DNA of 64,000 nt from an uncultured cyanobacterium (GTDB taxonomy: Bacteria; Cyanobacteriota; Cyanobacteriia; Cyanobacteriales; CAWCAG01), in the NCBI GenBank assembly GCA_963793425.1, contig CAWCAG010000007.1:96001-160000 (forward strand), written 5' to 3'. The notes beneath the pieces were generated by a model that made no database searches, was not told the origin of the DNA, and was given only the letters and a program-made list of their open reading frames with translations. Positions 30,084-41,261 of the stretch are shown piece after piece; the first letter of the stretch is position 1; each line of letters opens with the position of its first letter. A program made the position numbers and the translations under genes.

Positions 30084-30223
30084 AGTTCGATCAAATAATG
30101 AGCAGGGAATTATTTTCTGTCGATTTTATTCTAAAACGATTCCCCTGATTTGAGGTGAACTCTTTTCTCTTGCTCCTCATTGAAGAGTACAATTTTCATA
30201 AAATAGTTTGTTCTGCCCCAAAA

Positions 30224-31243
30224 GTGACCAACATAAGTAATTCTTCCGACTACTCTACTCAACCTCCTTTAAAAATAGGACTGGTTGGAACCGGCTATGC
30301 GGCAAATCGCCGTGCCGAAGCATTTCAAGCAGAATCACGATCACAGTTAGTAGCAGCTACTGGCCATACCATTGAACAAACCCAAACTTTTGCCCAAAAC
30401 TATGGTATAGAGGGTATAGACTCTTGGCAAGAGTTGGTACAAGCCCCGCAAATAGATTTAGTTGTTGTTTGCACCGTCAACCGAGATCATAGTCCTGTGA
30501 TCCAGGCAGCATTAGAAGCAGGAAAGCACGTCGTTACAGAATATCCCCTTGCCCTAGATCCCGCTGAAGCACATAAGTTAATCACTCTTGCCCAAAGCAA
30601 AAACAAACTCCTCCACGTCGAACACATCGAACTATTAGGAAGTTTGCATCAAACCATGGGGCAATACCTCTCGGAAATTGGGGAAGTATTTTATGCCCGC
30701 TACAAAACCATTAATCCCCAAAGACCCATTTTTAATCGTTGGTCTTACAATCACGAATTGTTTGGTTTTCCCCTGAGTGCCGCACTTTCCCGTCTCCACC
30801 GCTTCACAGATTTGTTTGGTGAAGTTCACTCCGTTAGTGGACAAGCCCGTTATTGGGATAGTTCTGAGCCAGGTTATTATAAGGCTTGTTTGTGTAATGC
30901 TCACCTACAATTCAAAAATGGCATCATCGGAGAAGTTGTTTATGGTAAAGGAGAAACTTTTTGGCACGGCGGCAGAACTTTTGAAATCTATGGCGACAGG
31001 GGAACTTTGATCTTTGAAGTTGCTAAAGGTACTTTAATCAAAGGAGAACAAAAAACCCCCATTGAATTAGGTTCCCGTCGGGGTTTGTTTGCTAAAGATA
31101 CAAAAATGGTTTTAGATCATTTGTATGATCACACTCCTTTATACGTCACACCCCAAGCAAGTTACTATGCCCTCAAGGTTGCTGATGCAGTACGTCAATC
31201 AGCAGAGACAGGAATGACTCAGGAAGTTAAGGGTTATCAATAA
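30224..31243 (+). CDS. bvdR: Gfo/Idh/MocA oxidoreductase, probably biliverdin reductase
   Basis: KIGLVGTGYAA, AGKHVVTEYPLAL, LHVEHIELLG and FGFPLSAALSRL. Probable GTG start at 30224. Confidence 0.75.
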   Translation: MTNISNSSDYSTQPPLKIGLVGTGYAANRRAEAFQAESRSQLVAATGHTIEQTQTFAQNYGIEGIDSWQELVQAPQIDLVVVCTVNRDHSPVIQAALEAGKHVVTEYPLALDPAEAHKLITLAQSKNKLLHVEHIELLGSLHQTMGQYLSEIGEVFYARYKTINPQRPIFNRWSYNHELFGFPLSAALSRLHRFTDLFGEVHSVSGQARYWDSSEPGYYKACLCNAHLQFKNGIIGEVVYGKGETFWHGGRTFEIYGDRGTLIFEVAKGTLIKGEQKTPIELGSRRGLFAKDTKMVLDHLYDHTPLYVTPQASYYALKVADAVRQSAETGMTQEVKGYQ

Positions 31244-31315
31244 ATTAAGGAAGTTACTAATCCCTCGTAACTTCAAAATTTTACCTTGAATTAACCTTTG
31301 ATTAAACTTGGTTAA

Positions 31316-31603
31316 TTAAACATCCTCAACCTTGACCCCTCGCCAAAAAGCCACATAACCTTCAATGTTTTTAGCTTTTTCCTTAGTTTGAGGATAGTAC
31401 CAAGCGGCATCCTGATTTTTTTCTCCTTCCACCACAATAGTGTAATAACTAGCAACTCCCTTCCAAGGACAAGTGGTTTGAGTATTGCTATCTTGAAAAT
31501 ATTCTTGATTAATTGAGTCAGCCGGAAAATAGTAATTACCTTCAACCCTTTCACAGCGATCGCTTTCTGCCAAAACAGCCCCATTCCAAATTGCTTTTGC
31601 CAT
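31316..31603 (-). CDS. DUF427 domain protein
   Basis: VEGNYYFP, TCPWKGVASYY and AAWYYP. Confidence 0.9.
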   Translation of the reverse strand: MAKAIWNGAVLAESDRCERVEGNYYFPADSINQEYFQDSNTQTTCPWKGVASYYTIVVEGEKNQDAAWYYPQTKEKAKNIEGYVAFWRGVKVEDV

Positions 31604-31785
31604 TGGTATTTGAATTAACTAAATAAATTTACCAATTACCATTATCCGACAAGATAGTAATTTGATTCCTGCTAATATACCTAATGTGAGCTAAACTTTT
31701 AACCTGAATAACCAATTTTAGTTACTTTCACTCTTCACAAATCACCCGATCTCTATTCCTCTACCTAGAAAATATCTGCTTAAAA

Positions 31786-33165
31786 ATGACAAATTGGTTT
31801 TGGCGATCGCTCCCTTTAGAAAGTCATACTGGTTCAGAAGTTTTTGCTAAACTTTTTCTTAACCAAAATCCAATAGCAACACTTTTAGAAAGTCCTGATC
31901 CTGCACCCCAACCTCAATTATCACGCTACTCTATTTGTGCTGGCTCTCCTCGTTTAGATAACCAAGGTAGACCTCAACTTTGGACTCCTAGGGTAGGAAA
32001 AATCCTGCCTTTCTTAAAAACTTTATTAGCAAAAAGCCAACAGAAAAAGGAACAAAACTTTCTCCCTTTTCAAGGGGGTTGGTTAGGTTGGTTGGGCTAC
32101 GAATTAGCTTGGGAAATTGAAAAACTACCCGAATTAAACAACGATCCTTTACCCTTTCCTGTCGCTTACTGGTACGAACCTGCTTCCTTTGCTGTTTTAG
32201 ATCATCTTCAACAAACCCTTTGGTTAGCCGCAAGCAAACCCCAGGAACTAGATAAACTACAACGACAGTGGGAAACCGGGAAAAAACACTCAGAAACTAG
32301 ACCTTCTCTCATTAAATCTTCCCCCATCTCCTTCCTCACCTCCCAGACAGAATATCAAAAGGCTGTGGCACGAGCTAAGCAATATATTCAAACAGGGGAT
32401 ATCTTTCAAACCAACCTCTCTTTACGCTTCCAAGCCTCAACCAACGCTAATAGCTGGGCAATTTATCAACAGCTACAAGGCATTAACCCCTCCCCCTTCG
32501 CTAGTTACTGGCAAACCCCTTGGGGAACAGTAATTAGCTGTTCTCCGGAAAGACTAGTACAACTCAGGGGCGATCGCGCCCAAACTAGGCCCATTGCTGG
32601 AACGCGATCACGGGGTCTTACCCCCCAAAAAGATCAACAACTAGCAGAAGAACTGCTCACCAACACCAAAGAAAGAGCAGAACATATCATGTTGGTAGAC
32701 TTAGAAAGAAACGACTTAGGAAAAGTTTGTCAATGGGGTTCTGTAGAAGTAGACGAACTATTAACCATTGAAAGGTACAGTCACGTCATGCACCTAGTCA
32801 GCAACGTCAAAGGCACTCTCCAAAGCCATCTTGATGCCGTAGATTTGCTCAAAGCAATATTCCCTGGAGGAACCATTACAGGCTGTCCTAAAGTGCGCTG
32901 TATGGAAATTATCGAAGAACTTGAACCCCTGCGACGAAATCTATTTTATGGTTCCTGTGGCTATATTGACTATCGAGGCAATCTGGATCTAAATATTTTA
33001 ATTCGTACCCTCCTTGTCTCTTCTTCCTCCGTCTGGGGGCAGGTAGGGGCTGGAATCGTTGCTGACAGCAATCCAGAACAAGAATGGCAAGAATCTCTTC
33101 ATAAAGCTGAAGCTCAATTAGCAGCTTTGGGAAGTATTGAGATAGCAAAATCAGCAAAAAATTAG
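31786..33165 (+). CDS. pabB: Aminodeoxychorismate synthase component I (TrpE paralog)
   Basis: GDIFQTNLS, SCSPERL, RPIAGTR and PGGTITGCPK (PabB-type). Confidence 0.8.
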   Translation: MTNWFWRSLPLESHTGSEVFAKLFLNQNPIATLLESPDPAPQPQLSRYSICAGSPRLDNQGRPQLWTPRVGKILPFLKTLLAKSQQKKEQNFLPFQGGWLGWLGYELAWEIEKLPELNNDPLPFPVAYWYEPASFAVLDHLQQTLWLAASKPQELDKLQRQWETGKKHSETRPSLIKSSPISFLTSQTEYQKAVARAKQYIQTGDIFQTNLSLRFQASTNANSWAIYQQLQGINPSPFASYWQTPWGTVISCSPERLVQLRGDRAQTRPIAGTRSRGLTPQKDQQLAEELLTNTKERAEHIMLVDLERNDLGKVCQWGSVEVDELLTIERYSHVMHLVSNVKGTLQSHLDAVDLLKAIFPGGTITGCPKVRCMEIIEELEPLRRNLFYGSCGYIDYRGNLDLNILIRTLLVSSSSVWGQVGAGIVADSNPEQEWQESLHKAEAQLAALGSIEIAKSAKN

Positions 33166-33359
33166 GGACTGATCCTAATTCCCGACAAAATCATGCAAGA
33201 GAATGATCCCGAATCAAGCTATTATCAACCTAGTTCGTTTCTTTTCGAGGAACGCTTTTATTTTTGTCAAACTGCCCATTTTATCAGGCAGAACATTTTC
33301 TCAAAGCGGTTTCCGATCATCCATCTCTAAAGAGGTGGGCATTCTGCTTATTGAGCTTG

Positions 33360-33629
33360 ATGAATACTGAAACCTATCTTAATCACCCAACTTTTGGTTT
33401 ACTCTATAAAGTCTGTCCCATTGACGAACAGCAGGAATTGTACACTACCCTTTATGCCCAGCGGCTGTTTTTTTGTGTCAAATCCGGTGCTGAACGTTTC
33501 TCTTTTGAACCAGTCAGCCGTTCTGACGCTCGTTTACTTGTGGAAACCCGCTTGCGAAAAATTCGCCGTTTAGGTACTCCAGAAGAATACAAACAACTAC
33601 ATCTCATCCACCAACGAACTTTCCAATGA
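33360..33629 (+). CDS. pipX: PII-interacting protein X
   Basis: MNTETYLNHPTFGLLY...TTLYAQRLFF, with ATG at 33360. Confidence 0.95.
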   Translation: MNTETYLNHPTFGLLYKVCPIDEQQELYTTLYAQRLFFCVKSGAERFSFEPVSRSDARLLVETRLRKIRRLGTPEEYKQLHLIHQRTFQ

Positions 33630-33662
33630 GATAGAACAGTAGTTTTCGTAGATACCCCTCTA

Positions 33663-34334
33663 ATGACTGGCTTAATTACCCAGCGTATTACTAAAATCAG
33701 GCAACAGCTACCTCTCCGGGTTCGTCTAATTGCTGTCACTAAAAAAGTTTCTCCTCAAAAGATGCGAGAAGCTTATGCTACAGGAATTCGCGATTTCGGG
33801 GAGAGCCGCTTATCTGAGGCAATACCGAAACAAGAACAACTCCAAGACCTACCAGATATTTGCTGGCATTTTATTGGTCACCTGCAAAGTAATAAAGCTA
33901 AAAAAGTCCTAGAAAGTTTTCAATGGATTCATAGCTGCGACAGTCTCAAACTAGCAAAAAGATTAAATCGCTTAGGAAAAGAACTCGGTCGTCGTCCTGA
34001 AATTTGCTTACAAGTTAAAGTTTTAAAAGACCCTAATAAATATGGCTGGCAACCAGAGGCCTTACTGGATGATTTGCCGGAATTGGAGCGCTGCGAAAAC
34101 CTAGATATTCAAGGCTTGATGACCATTCTTCCTTTAGAATTATCTGCCCCACAAACCCTAGAGGCTTTTGTAGAAACTCGTGAACTAGCAGCAAAGATAG
34201 CTCAACAAGATAACTCTAATTTAGCCATGAAAGAACTTTCAATGGGAATGTCTGGGGATTACCAATTAGCCGTACAAGCAGGAGCAACAATGGTACGTTT
34301 GGGCAGAAGTATTTTCGGAGAAAGGGAACCCTAA
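33663..34334 (+). CDS. pipY: YggS/PLPBP pyridoxal phosphate homeostasis protein PipY
   Basis: LIAVTK, WHFIGHLQSNK and LSMGMSGDY. Downstream of pipX. Confidence 0.92.
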   Translation: MTGLITQRITKIRQQLPLRVRLIAVTKKVSPQKMREAYATGIRDFGESRLSEAIPKQEQLQDLPDICWHFIGHLQSNKAKKVLESFQWIHSCDSLKLAKRLNRLGKELGRRPEICLQVKVLKDPNKYGWQPEALLDDLPELERCENLDIQGLMTILPLELSAPQTLEAFVETRELAAKIAQQDNSNLAMKELSMGMSGDYQLAVQAGATMVRLGRSIFGEREP

Positions 34335-34337
34335 ACC

Positions 34338-34727
34338 CTAAGAGTTAATAAAAGTATCCCTTGTTTGCTCTCGCTCTTGAGATTTGCGACGTTTTTCTTT
34401 TTCATCTTTCTGCTTACCTCCACTGTCGCTACTAATACGAATTTGAATTTTTGGGCCAGAGCTAGCTAGACGGATAATTATTCCGTCAACCACAGGGGAT
34501 CTATCAATTTGTTTACCATCAATGTAAGTTCCATTAGCCCCCAAACTAACGACTTCCCAGTCTGAGTTATTACGTCTAATTTCAACATGATGACGAGAAA
34601 CTACAGCGCTGTAGAGAACGACATCATTGTCAGTTGAGCGACCGATACGAATAACAGATTCTGTATCGAAAGGCCAACTTTGAACTGGAACGGATTGAAT
34701 AGGATGCAGCAGTGTCAGAGTAATCAC
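34338..34727 (-). CDS. FHA domain protein
   Basis: IRIGRSTDND, VSRHH and ANGTY FHA signature. Confidence 0.9.
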   Translation of the reverse strand: MITLTLLHPIQSVPVQSWPFDTESVIRIGRSTDNDVVLYSAVVSRHHVEIRRNNSDWEVVSLGANGTYIDGKQIDRSPVVDGIIIRLASSGPKIQIRISSDSGGKQKDEKEKRRKSQEREQTRDTFINS

Positions 34728-35050
34728 TCTTTGTATTATCTGTTAACGATTGTTGCTTTTGGGTCTGGAAAAATTATTGACTCAACGAGGAGTTCCTAAA
34801 CCTACATTCCTTATTGTGATGGAAAGCTGTTCAGTTGTGTATAAATTTTATTTCTTTAACATTTTAATAATAAATTATTGAAAAATTTTTCCACCAACTT
34901 AAAATTATGCAACATCTTGTACTTCCTCGCTAGTTAATTTACCCCCTCATCTTTCTCCTCAAGCAATTGAGAGTTAAGTCTAAGGGGGTAACTGGCTAAG
35001 ATGTGAAAACGAAAAAGCTTTACTGAGGAATACCTATCCTTAAGATAGAT

Positions 35051-35326
35051 TTAAAGAGCGCCGGCATTAGCAAGCCCTAAAATCACCCCAGCCCCAATAA
35101 TGTGACCAAGACTTGCCGTTGCCAATAGTTCAGGAATGCCAAACTTTTGCAAAATTCCTGAACCACCTGGTAAAGAAGATCCCACTCCAGGCTTTTGAAT
35201 TGCAAAGCGACCAATAGTAATAGCTAATAAATTGCAAATAATCATCACTAAGCCGATAATAGGACTCCACTCAGGGGTTGGGGGTACTGTAGATTGAACA
35301 GCAGCGATTAAAGTTTGAGTAATCAA
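35051..35326 (-). CDS. psaK: Photosystem I subunit PsaK
   Basis: WSPIIGLVMIICNL...PELLATASLGHIIGAGVILGL. TTG start after a GGAG RBS, with TATAAT upstream. Confidence 0.9.
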   Translation of the reverse strand: MITQTLIAAVQSTVPPTPEWSPIIGLVMIICNLLAITIGRFAIQKPGVGSSLPGGSGILQKFGIPELLATASLGHIIGAGVILGLANAGAL

Positions 35327-35482
35327 CTTTTTAGTCTCCTCTCCTAAAATATTTAAGAAAATTTTTGTAAACAAGAAAAATTATAGGAATCTCTTGGGAA
35401 AGAATCTTAATTTGTTTGAAGATTTAACATTTATGCTCGTTTTTACGACTCAAAATAGCTAAAAGAATAAAATATCTTTACA

Positions 35483-36109
35483 ATGCGTGTCAAAATTTGC
35501 GGTATTACCAATTCCTACCAAGGTCAACAAATTGCTCAGTTGGGGGCTACAGCTTTAGGATTTATTTGTGTTCCTACCTCTGCAAGGTACATAGAACCAA
35601 ATCAAATCAAAGCTATTGTGGAAAAACTCCCCCTCAAGGTAGACAAGATTGGTGTTTTTGCCAATACTCATCAAGAAGAAATTGCCACCATAGTAAAGCA
35701 AGCTGGTTTAACAGGTGTCCAACTTCATGGCAACGAGTCTGCTGAATTTTGCCAACAGTTACGCCAACTTCTACCGCAACAAGAAATCATCAAAGCTTTG
35801 CGAATAAAAAATCCTGAGCGTTTAACTCAGGAGTTAGATTATCTTAATTGTGTTGATACTTTACTTTTGGATGCTTACCATCCCCAAATGTTGGGAGGAA
35901 CAGGTAAAACCCTCAACTGGGAATATTTAAACAAATTTCGCCCTAGTTTACCTTGGTTTCTTGCAGGAGGATTAAATCCTCATAATATTTTGACTGCTTT
36001 AGCACAAGTTCAACCAAAGGGTATTGACCTTTCCAGTGGCGTAGAGCGATCGCCAGGAGATAAAGATTTAGCAAAAGTCGCCGCTTTATTTAGCAAGTTA
36101 AATGGGTAA
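35483..36109 (+). CDS. trpF: Phosphoribosylanthranilate isomerase
   Basis: [25 protein letters not shown] and DLSSGVE. Confidence 0.95.
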   Translation: MRVKICGITNSYQGQQIAQLGATALGFICVPTSARYIEPNQIKAIVEKLPLKVDKIGVFANTHQEEIATIVKQAGLTGVQLHGNESAEFCQQLRQLLPQQEIIKALRIKNPERLTQELDYLNCVDTLLLDAYHPQMLGGTGKTLNWEYLNKFRPSLPWFLAGGLNPHNILTALAQVQPKGIDLSSGVERSPGDKDLAKVAALFSKLNG

Positions 36110-36112
36110 ATT

Positions 36113-36844
36113 TTAGAAAAAGTTTGGTCGATGGCGAATTAAATTAAGAAATTCTTCGCGAGTCTTTAGGTCTTCTTGAAAAGTACCAACCATAGCACTT
36201 GTCACAGTCCAAGAACCAGGTTTTTGCACTCCGCGCATAGCCATACACATATGAGTTGCTTCCATGACTATAGCAACTCCTTGAGGCTCTAAAACTTCTT
36301 GAATAGCTTCGGCAATTTGACGAGTTAGGCGTTCTTGTACTTGTAATCTTCTAGCGTACATTTCTACAATACGAGCTAGTTTGCTTAAGCCTACTACTTT
36401 TTGGTTCGGTATATAGGCAACGTGGGCCCTGCCCATAAAAGGCAACATATGATGTTCACAAAGACTAAAAAAGTCTATATCCCGCACCAACACCATTTCA
36501 TTATGACCTTCATCAAAAATAGCGCCATTGACTATTTTTTCTAAGGATTGGTCGTAACCTTGAGTTAAGAACTGCATAGCCTCAGCAACTCTTTTGGGAG
36601 TTTTCAGCAGTCCTTCGCGTTCTGGATCTTCACCTACACTTTGTAGCATGGTTTTTACAGCGTCCATCATTGCAGCTTTGCTTGGTTCAGATTCAGCCTC
36701 AATATAAGCTTCACCACTGCTGTGGCTACTGCGGTCGGGTCTAGTAGCAACGCGACCTCCTTTAGTAGAGTTTAGATTATTTTTGCTTTCGAGCTTTGAG
36801 CCAGAATGAAGTCCGTTGGAACCGTTGGAAGAAGCTATTGTCAT
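36113..36844 (-). CDS. folE: GTP cyclohydrolase I
   Basis: [25 protein letters not shown] and HMCMAMRG. Probable ATG start at 36844. Confidence 0.95.
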   Translation of the reverse strand: MTIASSNGSNGLHSGSKLESKNNLNSTKGGRVATRPDRSSHSSGEAYIEAESEPSKAAMMDAVKTMLQSVGEDPEREGLLKTPKRVAEAMQFLTQGYDQSLEKIVNGAIFDEGHNEMVLVRDIDFFSLCEHHMLPFMGRAHVAYIPNQKVVGLSKLARIVEMYARRLQVQERLTRQIAEAIQEVLEPQGVAIVMEATHMCMAMRGVQKPGSWTVTSAMVGTFQEDLKTREEFLNLIRHRPNFF

Positions 36845-37278
36845 GATTGATGAATGAAGTGAATTTATTACCTCTTGATTTTGGTGTTTGGAGCCATACT
36901 GTCCTTGAAAATCAAGCTCAGTATTGAGACTGCACACCAAACTCCCTCCCCTATAACCATTTGTTTAAATAGAGGAGTAGTTGAATAACAGCTTTAAGAA
37001 TCTAAAAGTGCTAAGCGAGATAATTCGCTGGCAACTTTTTATATCTTTGGTTTTGAAGTAGTAGATGCTGCTGACTCAACTTTTCTACTGTTGAGCCAGA
37101 CAATCAGGAAAACTATGCTCCTTGGGCTATGCTTTTCCAGCAGTTGTGAAAGCAAAAAAATTCGCTATCGGAAGAACACCAGCAAGATTGATTGCCAAAT
37201 CACCCTTTTATGAGAGCAATGTTATAAAAGTTTACGTTGTTATTATATCACTTCGATCATAACTAAATAGAGGGATTT

Positions 37279-38259
37279 TTAGGCAGATAGTTCATCAAAA
37301 ACACCAATATTGCGGAATTTCTGGTAGCGCAATTCTTTTCTTTGTTGAGGGGGAATAACTTCTAATTCTTCGAGAGTTTCTTTCAAAGCCTTTGCTAAAA
37401 TTACAGCAGCCCCTAAAGGATCAGCATGAGAACCCTTGACTGGTTCGGGAAGGAGGCGGTCAATAATGCCTAACTCTTTTAAGTCCCAGGAAGTGATTTT
37501 TAAAGCAGCGGCTGCTTGATCGGATTTAGCCGCATCTCGCCACAAAATTGCAGCACAAGCTTCGGGAGGAGCGACGCTATAAACAGCGTGTTCAAACATT
37601 AAGATGCGATCCCCGACACCAATACCTAAAGCGCCTCCTGAGCCTCCTTCACCAATAACAGTAGAAATGATTGGTACATCAAAACTAAACATCTGGCGCA
37701 GATTGTAGGCGATCGCTTCCCCTTGTCCTAATTTCTCTGCTTCTACCCCAGCCCAAGCTGCAGGGGTATCAATCAAGGTGATAATGGGCATACCGAAGCG
37801 ATTGGCGTGTTCCATTAAGCGCATAGCCTTACGATAGCCTCCAGGGGAAGCCATGCCAAAGTTACGGGCTACATTATCTTTGGTATCTCGGCCTTTTTGA
37901 TGTCCCAACATAACCACCGGTTTACCATCTAAACGAGCAATACCGCCCACAATTGCTGGATCATCACTACCACCGCGATCGCCGTGGAGTTCAAACCATT
38001 CTTCGCTCATGGCTTGAATAAAATCTAAAGTGCTGGGTCTTCTGGGGTGGCGTGCTAGTTGAAGACGCTGAGTGGGAGTTAAAGTGCTATAAATCTCCTT
38101 ACGCAGTTGTACGGCTTTAGCTTCCAACTGAGTTATTTTCTCAGCCACATCAACGTTGTTTTCTGTAGCTAGGGCGCGAATTTGCTCAATACGCCCTTCT
38201 AATTCACAAAGAGGTTTTTCAAAATCAAGGAGAAAGGGGCGGCGTTCGGGAGTGGACAT
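37279..38259 (-). CDS. accA: Acetyl-CoA carboxylase carboxyltransferase alpha
   Basis: [19 protein letters not shown] and [12 protein letters not shown]. Confidence 0.96.
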   Translation of the reverse strand: MSTPERRPFLLDFEKPLCELEGRIEQIRALATENNVDVAEKITQLEAKAVQLRKEIYSTLTPTQRLQLARHPRRPSTLDFIQAMSEEWFELHGDRGGSDDPAIVGGIARLDGKPVVMLGHQKGRDTKDNVARNFGMASPGGYRKAMRLMEHANRFGMPIITLIDTPAAWAGVEAEKLGQGEAIAYNLRQMFSFDVPIISTVIGEGGSGGALGIGVGDRILMFEHAVYSVAPPEACAAILWRDAAKSDQAAAALKITSWDLKELGIIDRLLPEPVKGSHADPLGAAVILAKALKETLEELEVIPPQQRKELRYQKFRNIGVFDELSA

Positions 38260-38315
38260 CAGCTATCAGTTATCAATAATCAGTTATCAGTTATTAATTT
38301 AGGGCTTATCTGCAC

Positions 38316-39347
38316 TTATTGGGAGGCAAACTCTAGTAGAGGTTGAAAGCCGTGCTTTACTGATACTTGACCAATTTGTGCCATTTTTGAGGCACTGATT
38401 TGATTTCTGCCCCAAGAGAAGTTAGTGTGCCACTTTTCAAATTCTAGAAGCATGGATTCTGCAAAACAGGCGAACATTTGACGGCTGGGAACATCCATAC
38501 TGACAATTTCCATGATCTTCCAATCAATATCCAGTGAATGTTCGACAATACCTCCATTCAACACATGAATATCTGGATGTTGAATTTTAGTTCCTAGATT
38601 TTTAGGATAGCCGCCGTCAATGATTAAACAAGGCTTTTTTAAAGTTTCGGCGGAAATTTCCACCCCTTGGGGCATACTTGCTACCCAAACGATTATATCT
38701 GCTAAAGGTAAGGCTTCTTCTAGTCCGAGAATTTTGCCCCTACCTAATTCATTTTGCAGGGCTTTTAAGGGTTCCTGTTTACGGGCAATGAGTAGTAAAT
38801 CTTCTACGTCAGTACAGCTATTTAACCAGCGACAGACACCGCTACCGATATCCCCTGTTGCCCCGCAAACAGCTACGGTTGCTTTGGCAAGGTCAATACC
38901 TAATTTAGCGCTAGCTTGCTCAACTTGGCGACAGATAATGTAGGCTGTGTGGGTATTACCAGTAGTAAAGCGCTCAAACTCTAACTCGACATTTCGCACC
39001 TGTTTATTTTGTTTGAGGTTGAAATTCTCAAAAACAATTGAAGAAAAGCCCCCTAAAGCTGTGATATCTAAACCGTTTTTCTGGGCATGGGCCATGGAAT
39101 TAAGGATTTTACGAATGGCGGCTTTGATGCGGCGATTAGTAAGCATTTCTGGCAAGAAACAGGATTCTACATACCTGCCTTCAATTTGCTGCCCAGTAAT
39201 GCTAGTGACTTTGATATCATCAACAATTTGGGGCGGTGCTGAACACCAAAAATCTAGCCCTTGATTAGCATATTCTGGATATCCTAATCTTTCTGCTACT
39301 GCTTGTGCGTGTTCTAAACTGGTAAGGTGACCGATAAGACCAAACAT
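38316..39347 (-). CDS. aar: Long-chain acyl-ACP reductase (alkane biosynthesis)
   Basis: [23 protein letters not shown] and FACFAE. Confidence 0.96.
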   Translation of the reverse strand: MFGLIGHLTSLEHAQAVAERLGYPEYANQGLDFWCSAPPQIVDDIKVTSITGQQIEGRYVESCFLPEMLTNRRIKAAIRKILNSMAHAQKNGLDITALGGFSSIVFENFNLKQNKQVRNVELEFERFTTGNTHTAYIICRQVEQASAKLGIDLAKATVAVCGATGDIGSGVCRWLNSCTDVEDLLLIARKQEPLKALQNELGRGKILGLEEALPLADIIVWVASMPQGVEISAETLKKPCLIIDGGYPKNLGTKIQHPDIHVLNGGIVEHSLDIDWKIMEIVSMDVPSRQMFACFAESMLLEFEKWHTNFSWGRNQISASKMAQIGQVSVKHGFQPLLEFASQ

Positions 39348-39497
39348 TTATTGCTCGTTTTTAAATTTTGAATTGAATTTGAAATAGAGTTTTGTTAAAC
39401 GGATAATTTGACAAAAAAGCGCCACTCTTAAAAGAGCAGCTAAAGAAACAATCTGAATACTTGCAAACAATCGAGGTCTGGTAGAGCATTAAGACAA

Positions 39498-39533
39498 AGC
39501 TGCTGCTACAGAACTTTCTAGAGAGCAGCAGCT
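39498..39533. terminator. Hairpin in the ado-aar intergenic region
   Basis: AGCTGCTGCT...AGCAGCAGCT, a 10-bp perfect inverted repeat. Confidence 0.45.
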
Positions 39534-39639
39534 ATTTGGTATCACTCCGACAGTAATAATTCCCCAAAGAAATATAATTGTCTGGAGTCCAGTAATTTTC
39601 GCCAATTCGCCTTTGCTAGACAAGATAATTAAATTGCCT

Positions 39640-40338
39640 CTAAACTGCACCAGCTAAACCATAAGCTGACATACCCATGATTTCTCCGGTGGTGAAACCA
39701 ATGTTGCTAAGGGCTTCCCCATAGCTAATCATGAAGTCTTCTACTAAAGCTTCTTTTTCCATACCTAAGATGTGAGCATCTTTCTCCACTTGGTTAAGCA
39801 TTTTCCACACCAAAGGAAGATTTTGGCGATTTGCTGCTTGTAATTCGGCTTTTGCTTCGGCAAAATGCGCTTTTAACCAAACTTCGCCGAAGTTAAGATG
39901 GGTATATTCATCTTTGACCACTCCTTCAGTAATTTTTCGAGCAAAGGGGTCAGCTACGGGAATATAAATGTTGTAAGCAGCGATCGCAAAGCTTTCAATA
40001 ATTAAAGCTTGAATAAGCAAGCAAGTAACTATTTTTCCTTCTGCCAGTGCTGTTTGGAAGTTGCCATGTAGCCCAGAAAAGTATTCTTGAGCAAATTCCA
40101 TATCTGGTGTCACATTCAGATTCTTGCCGCAAGCTTGAAATCCTTTTTTGTGACGATTTTCCATTTTGGAGAGACGAATCAACTCATCCTGATTGTCTGG
40201 CATAACCTGGGAAAGGTGGAGGTAATTTCCGTATGCCTCTTCTTCTCCTTCAATCACAATGGCATTAATGCGGCTATAGGCATCTTTGTAAGCTTCACTT
40301 TTAAAATCAAATTCTGCCTTAACTGCCAGTTCTTGCAT
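39640..40338 (-). CDS. ado: Aldehyde deformylating oxygenase
   Basis: [16 protein letters not shown] and the di-iron motifs MENRH and DEYTH. Confidence 0.96.
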   Translation of the reverse strand: MQELAVKAEFDFKSEAYKDAYSRINAIVIEGEEEAYGNYLHLSQVMPDNQDELIRLSKMENRHKKGFQACGKNLNVTPDMEFAQEYFSGLHGNFQTALAEGKIVTCLLIQALIIESFAIAAYNIYIPVADPFARKITEGVVKDEYTHLNFGEVWLKAHFAEAKAELQAANRQNLPLVWKMLNQVEKDAHILGMEKEALVEDFMISYGEALSNIGFTTGEIMGMSAYGLAGAV

Positions 40339-40388
40339 GGGTTATTTGTCTCCTGTCTTTTGACCACAACCCTATGTTATCTTTTGCT

Positions 40389-41002
40389 TTCAATTAAGGC
40401 TATTTCATTCTAATTTTGCTTCTTTTTGCTTGCTAATCACATCTAAGGCGAAACCGACACCCTGGGAAGCTAAGGTTTTGACTACTTCCGGTAAATCCCT
40501 AAATTCGTAAGGCCTAGGGTCAGTCGGTTCTTGTTCTAAAATTAAACCCCTTTTACGCAAATATGCCCTGACTATGGTTACTGCTTGGTCAGTTTGCAGT
40601 TTACCATCATCGTTGATAATTTCTTCTGCTAAGGGACAAATGCTAAAAAATCTTGCCAAACATTGGGAATAGGTTTTGGGGTCTAGGCGCATTAAGACAC
40701 GACGAATGGTACTGTAAGAAGGTAATGTTTCTTTGTCTAAACCTAGTAATTCAATTAAGTCACTGCTGTAGATATCTATCCAGTCGCCAACAGCTAAAAC
40801 TCCTCGATTTCCTGCGGCGATCGCCAAGGTGAACAATGCTAGACAAAGAGATTGGCTGTGGCGTTGACCAGCTTTCCGACGGGAGTCAGGTAGGTTAGAA
40901 AATGCTTCAATAATTGCTGCCTGGTTCATCAGAATTTTCCTGCAAGATTCGTGAGCATAGAATTTACTTCTACCATTTGATCGCTTTCGCCCCTTAGTTG
41001 AA
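40389..41002 (-). mobile_element. Internally deleted ISAs1-family element
   Basis: Contains an ISAs1 transposase N-half ORF. The ends AGGGGCGAAAGCGATC and GAATGAAATAGCC resemble ISAs1 ends as I recall them. Outer inverted repeat TTCAATTAAGG / CCTTAGTTGAA matches at 10/11. Confidence 0.65.
40405..40929 (-). CDS. Truncated ISAs1 transposase (DDE_Tnp_1_assoc plus partial DDE)
   Basis: FSNLPDSRRKAGQRH, LPSYSTIRRVL, DGK and FALD..KQK. Only 174 aa. Confidence 0.8.
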   Translation of the reverse strand: MNQAAIIEAFSNLPDSRRKAGQRHSQSLCLALFTLAIAAGNRGVLAVGDWIDIYSSDLIELLGLDKETLPSYSTIRRVLMRLDPKTYSQCLARFFSICPLAEEIINDDGKLQTDQAVTIVRAYLRKRGLILEQEPTDPRPYEFRDLPEVVKTLASQGVGFALDVISKQKEAKLE

Positions 41003-41261
41003 TAAGCAATTAGTTCTCGCTTAATAACTCAATTTGGCTTTTCCTTAAAAAGTATAAATATTAATTTTGCTAAATGTCGGAAATAAATGTCCATAACCCA
41101 TTGAGAAACTTTCAATAGGTGACATTTTCATTAGTTTTTCTAATGCTTATTCTAGCAATTTCTCTAGCTTGAAGGCTGGCCAGCCTCTATTCCTTCTGTA
41201 ATAAAAAGCTTACTTACTTAACCTGAAAGGTTATAATACTGACTTTCTCTACTTCCCAACT

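Noticed and set aside
31786..33165. Second trpE-like gene as an unusual duplication
   Set aside because: It has PabB-type motifs, and the TrpE/PabB pair is standard.
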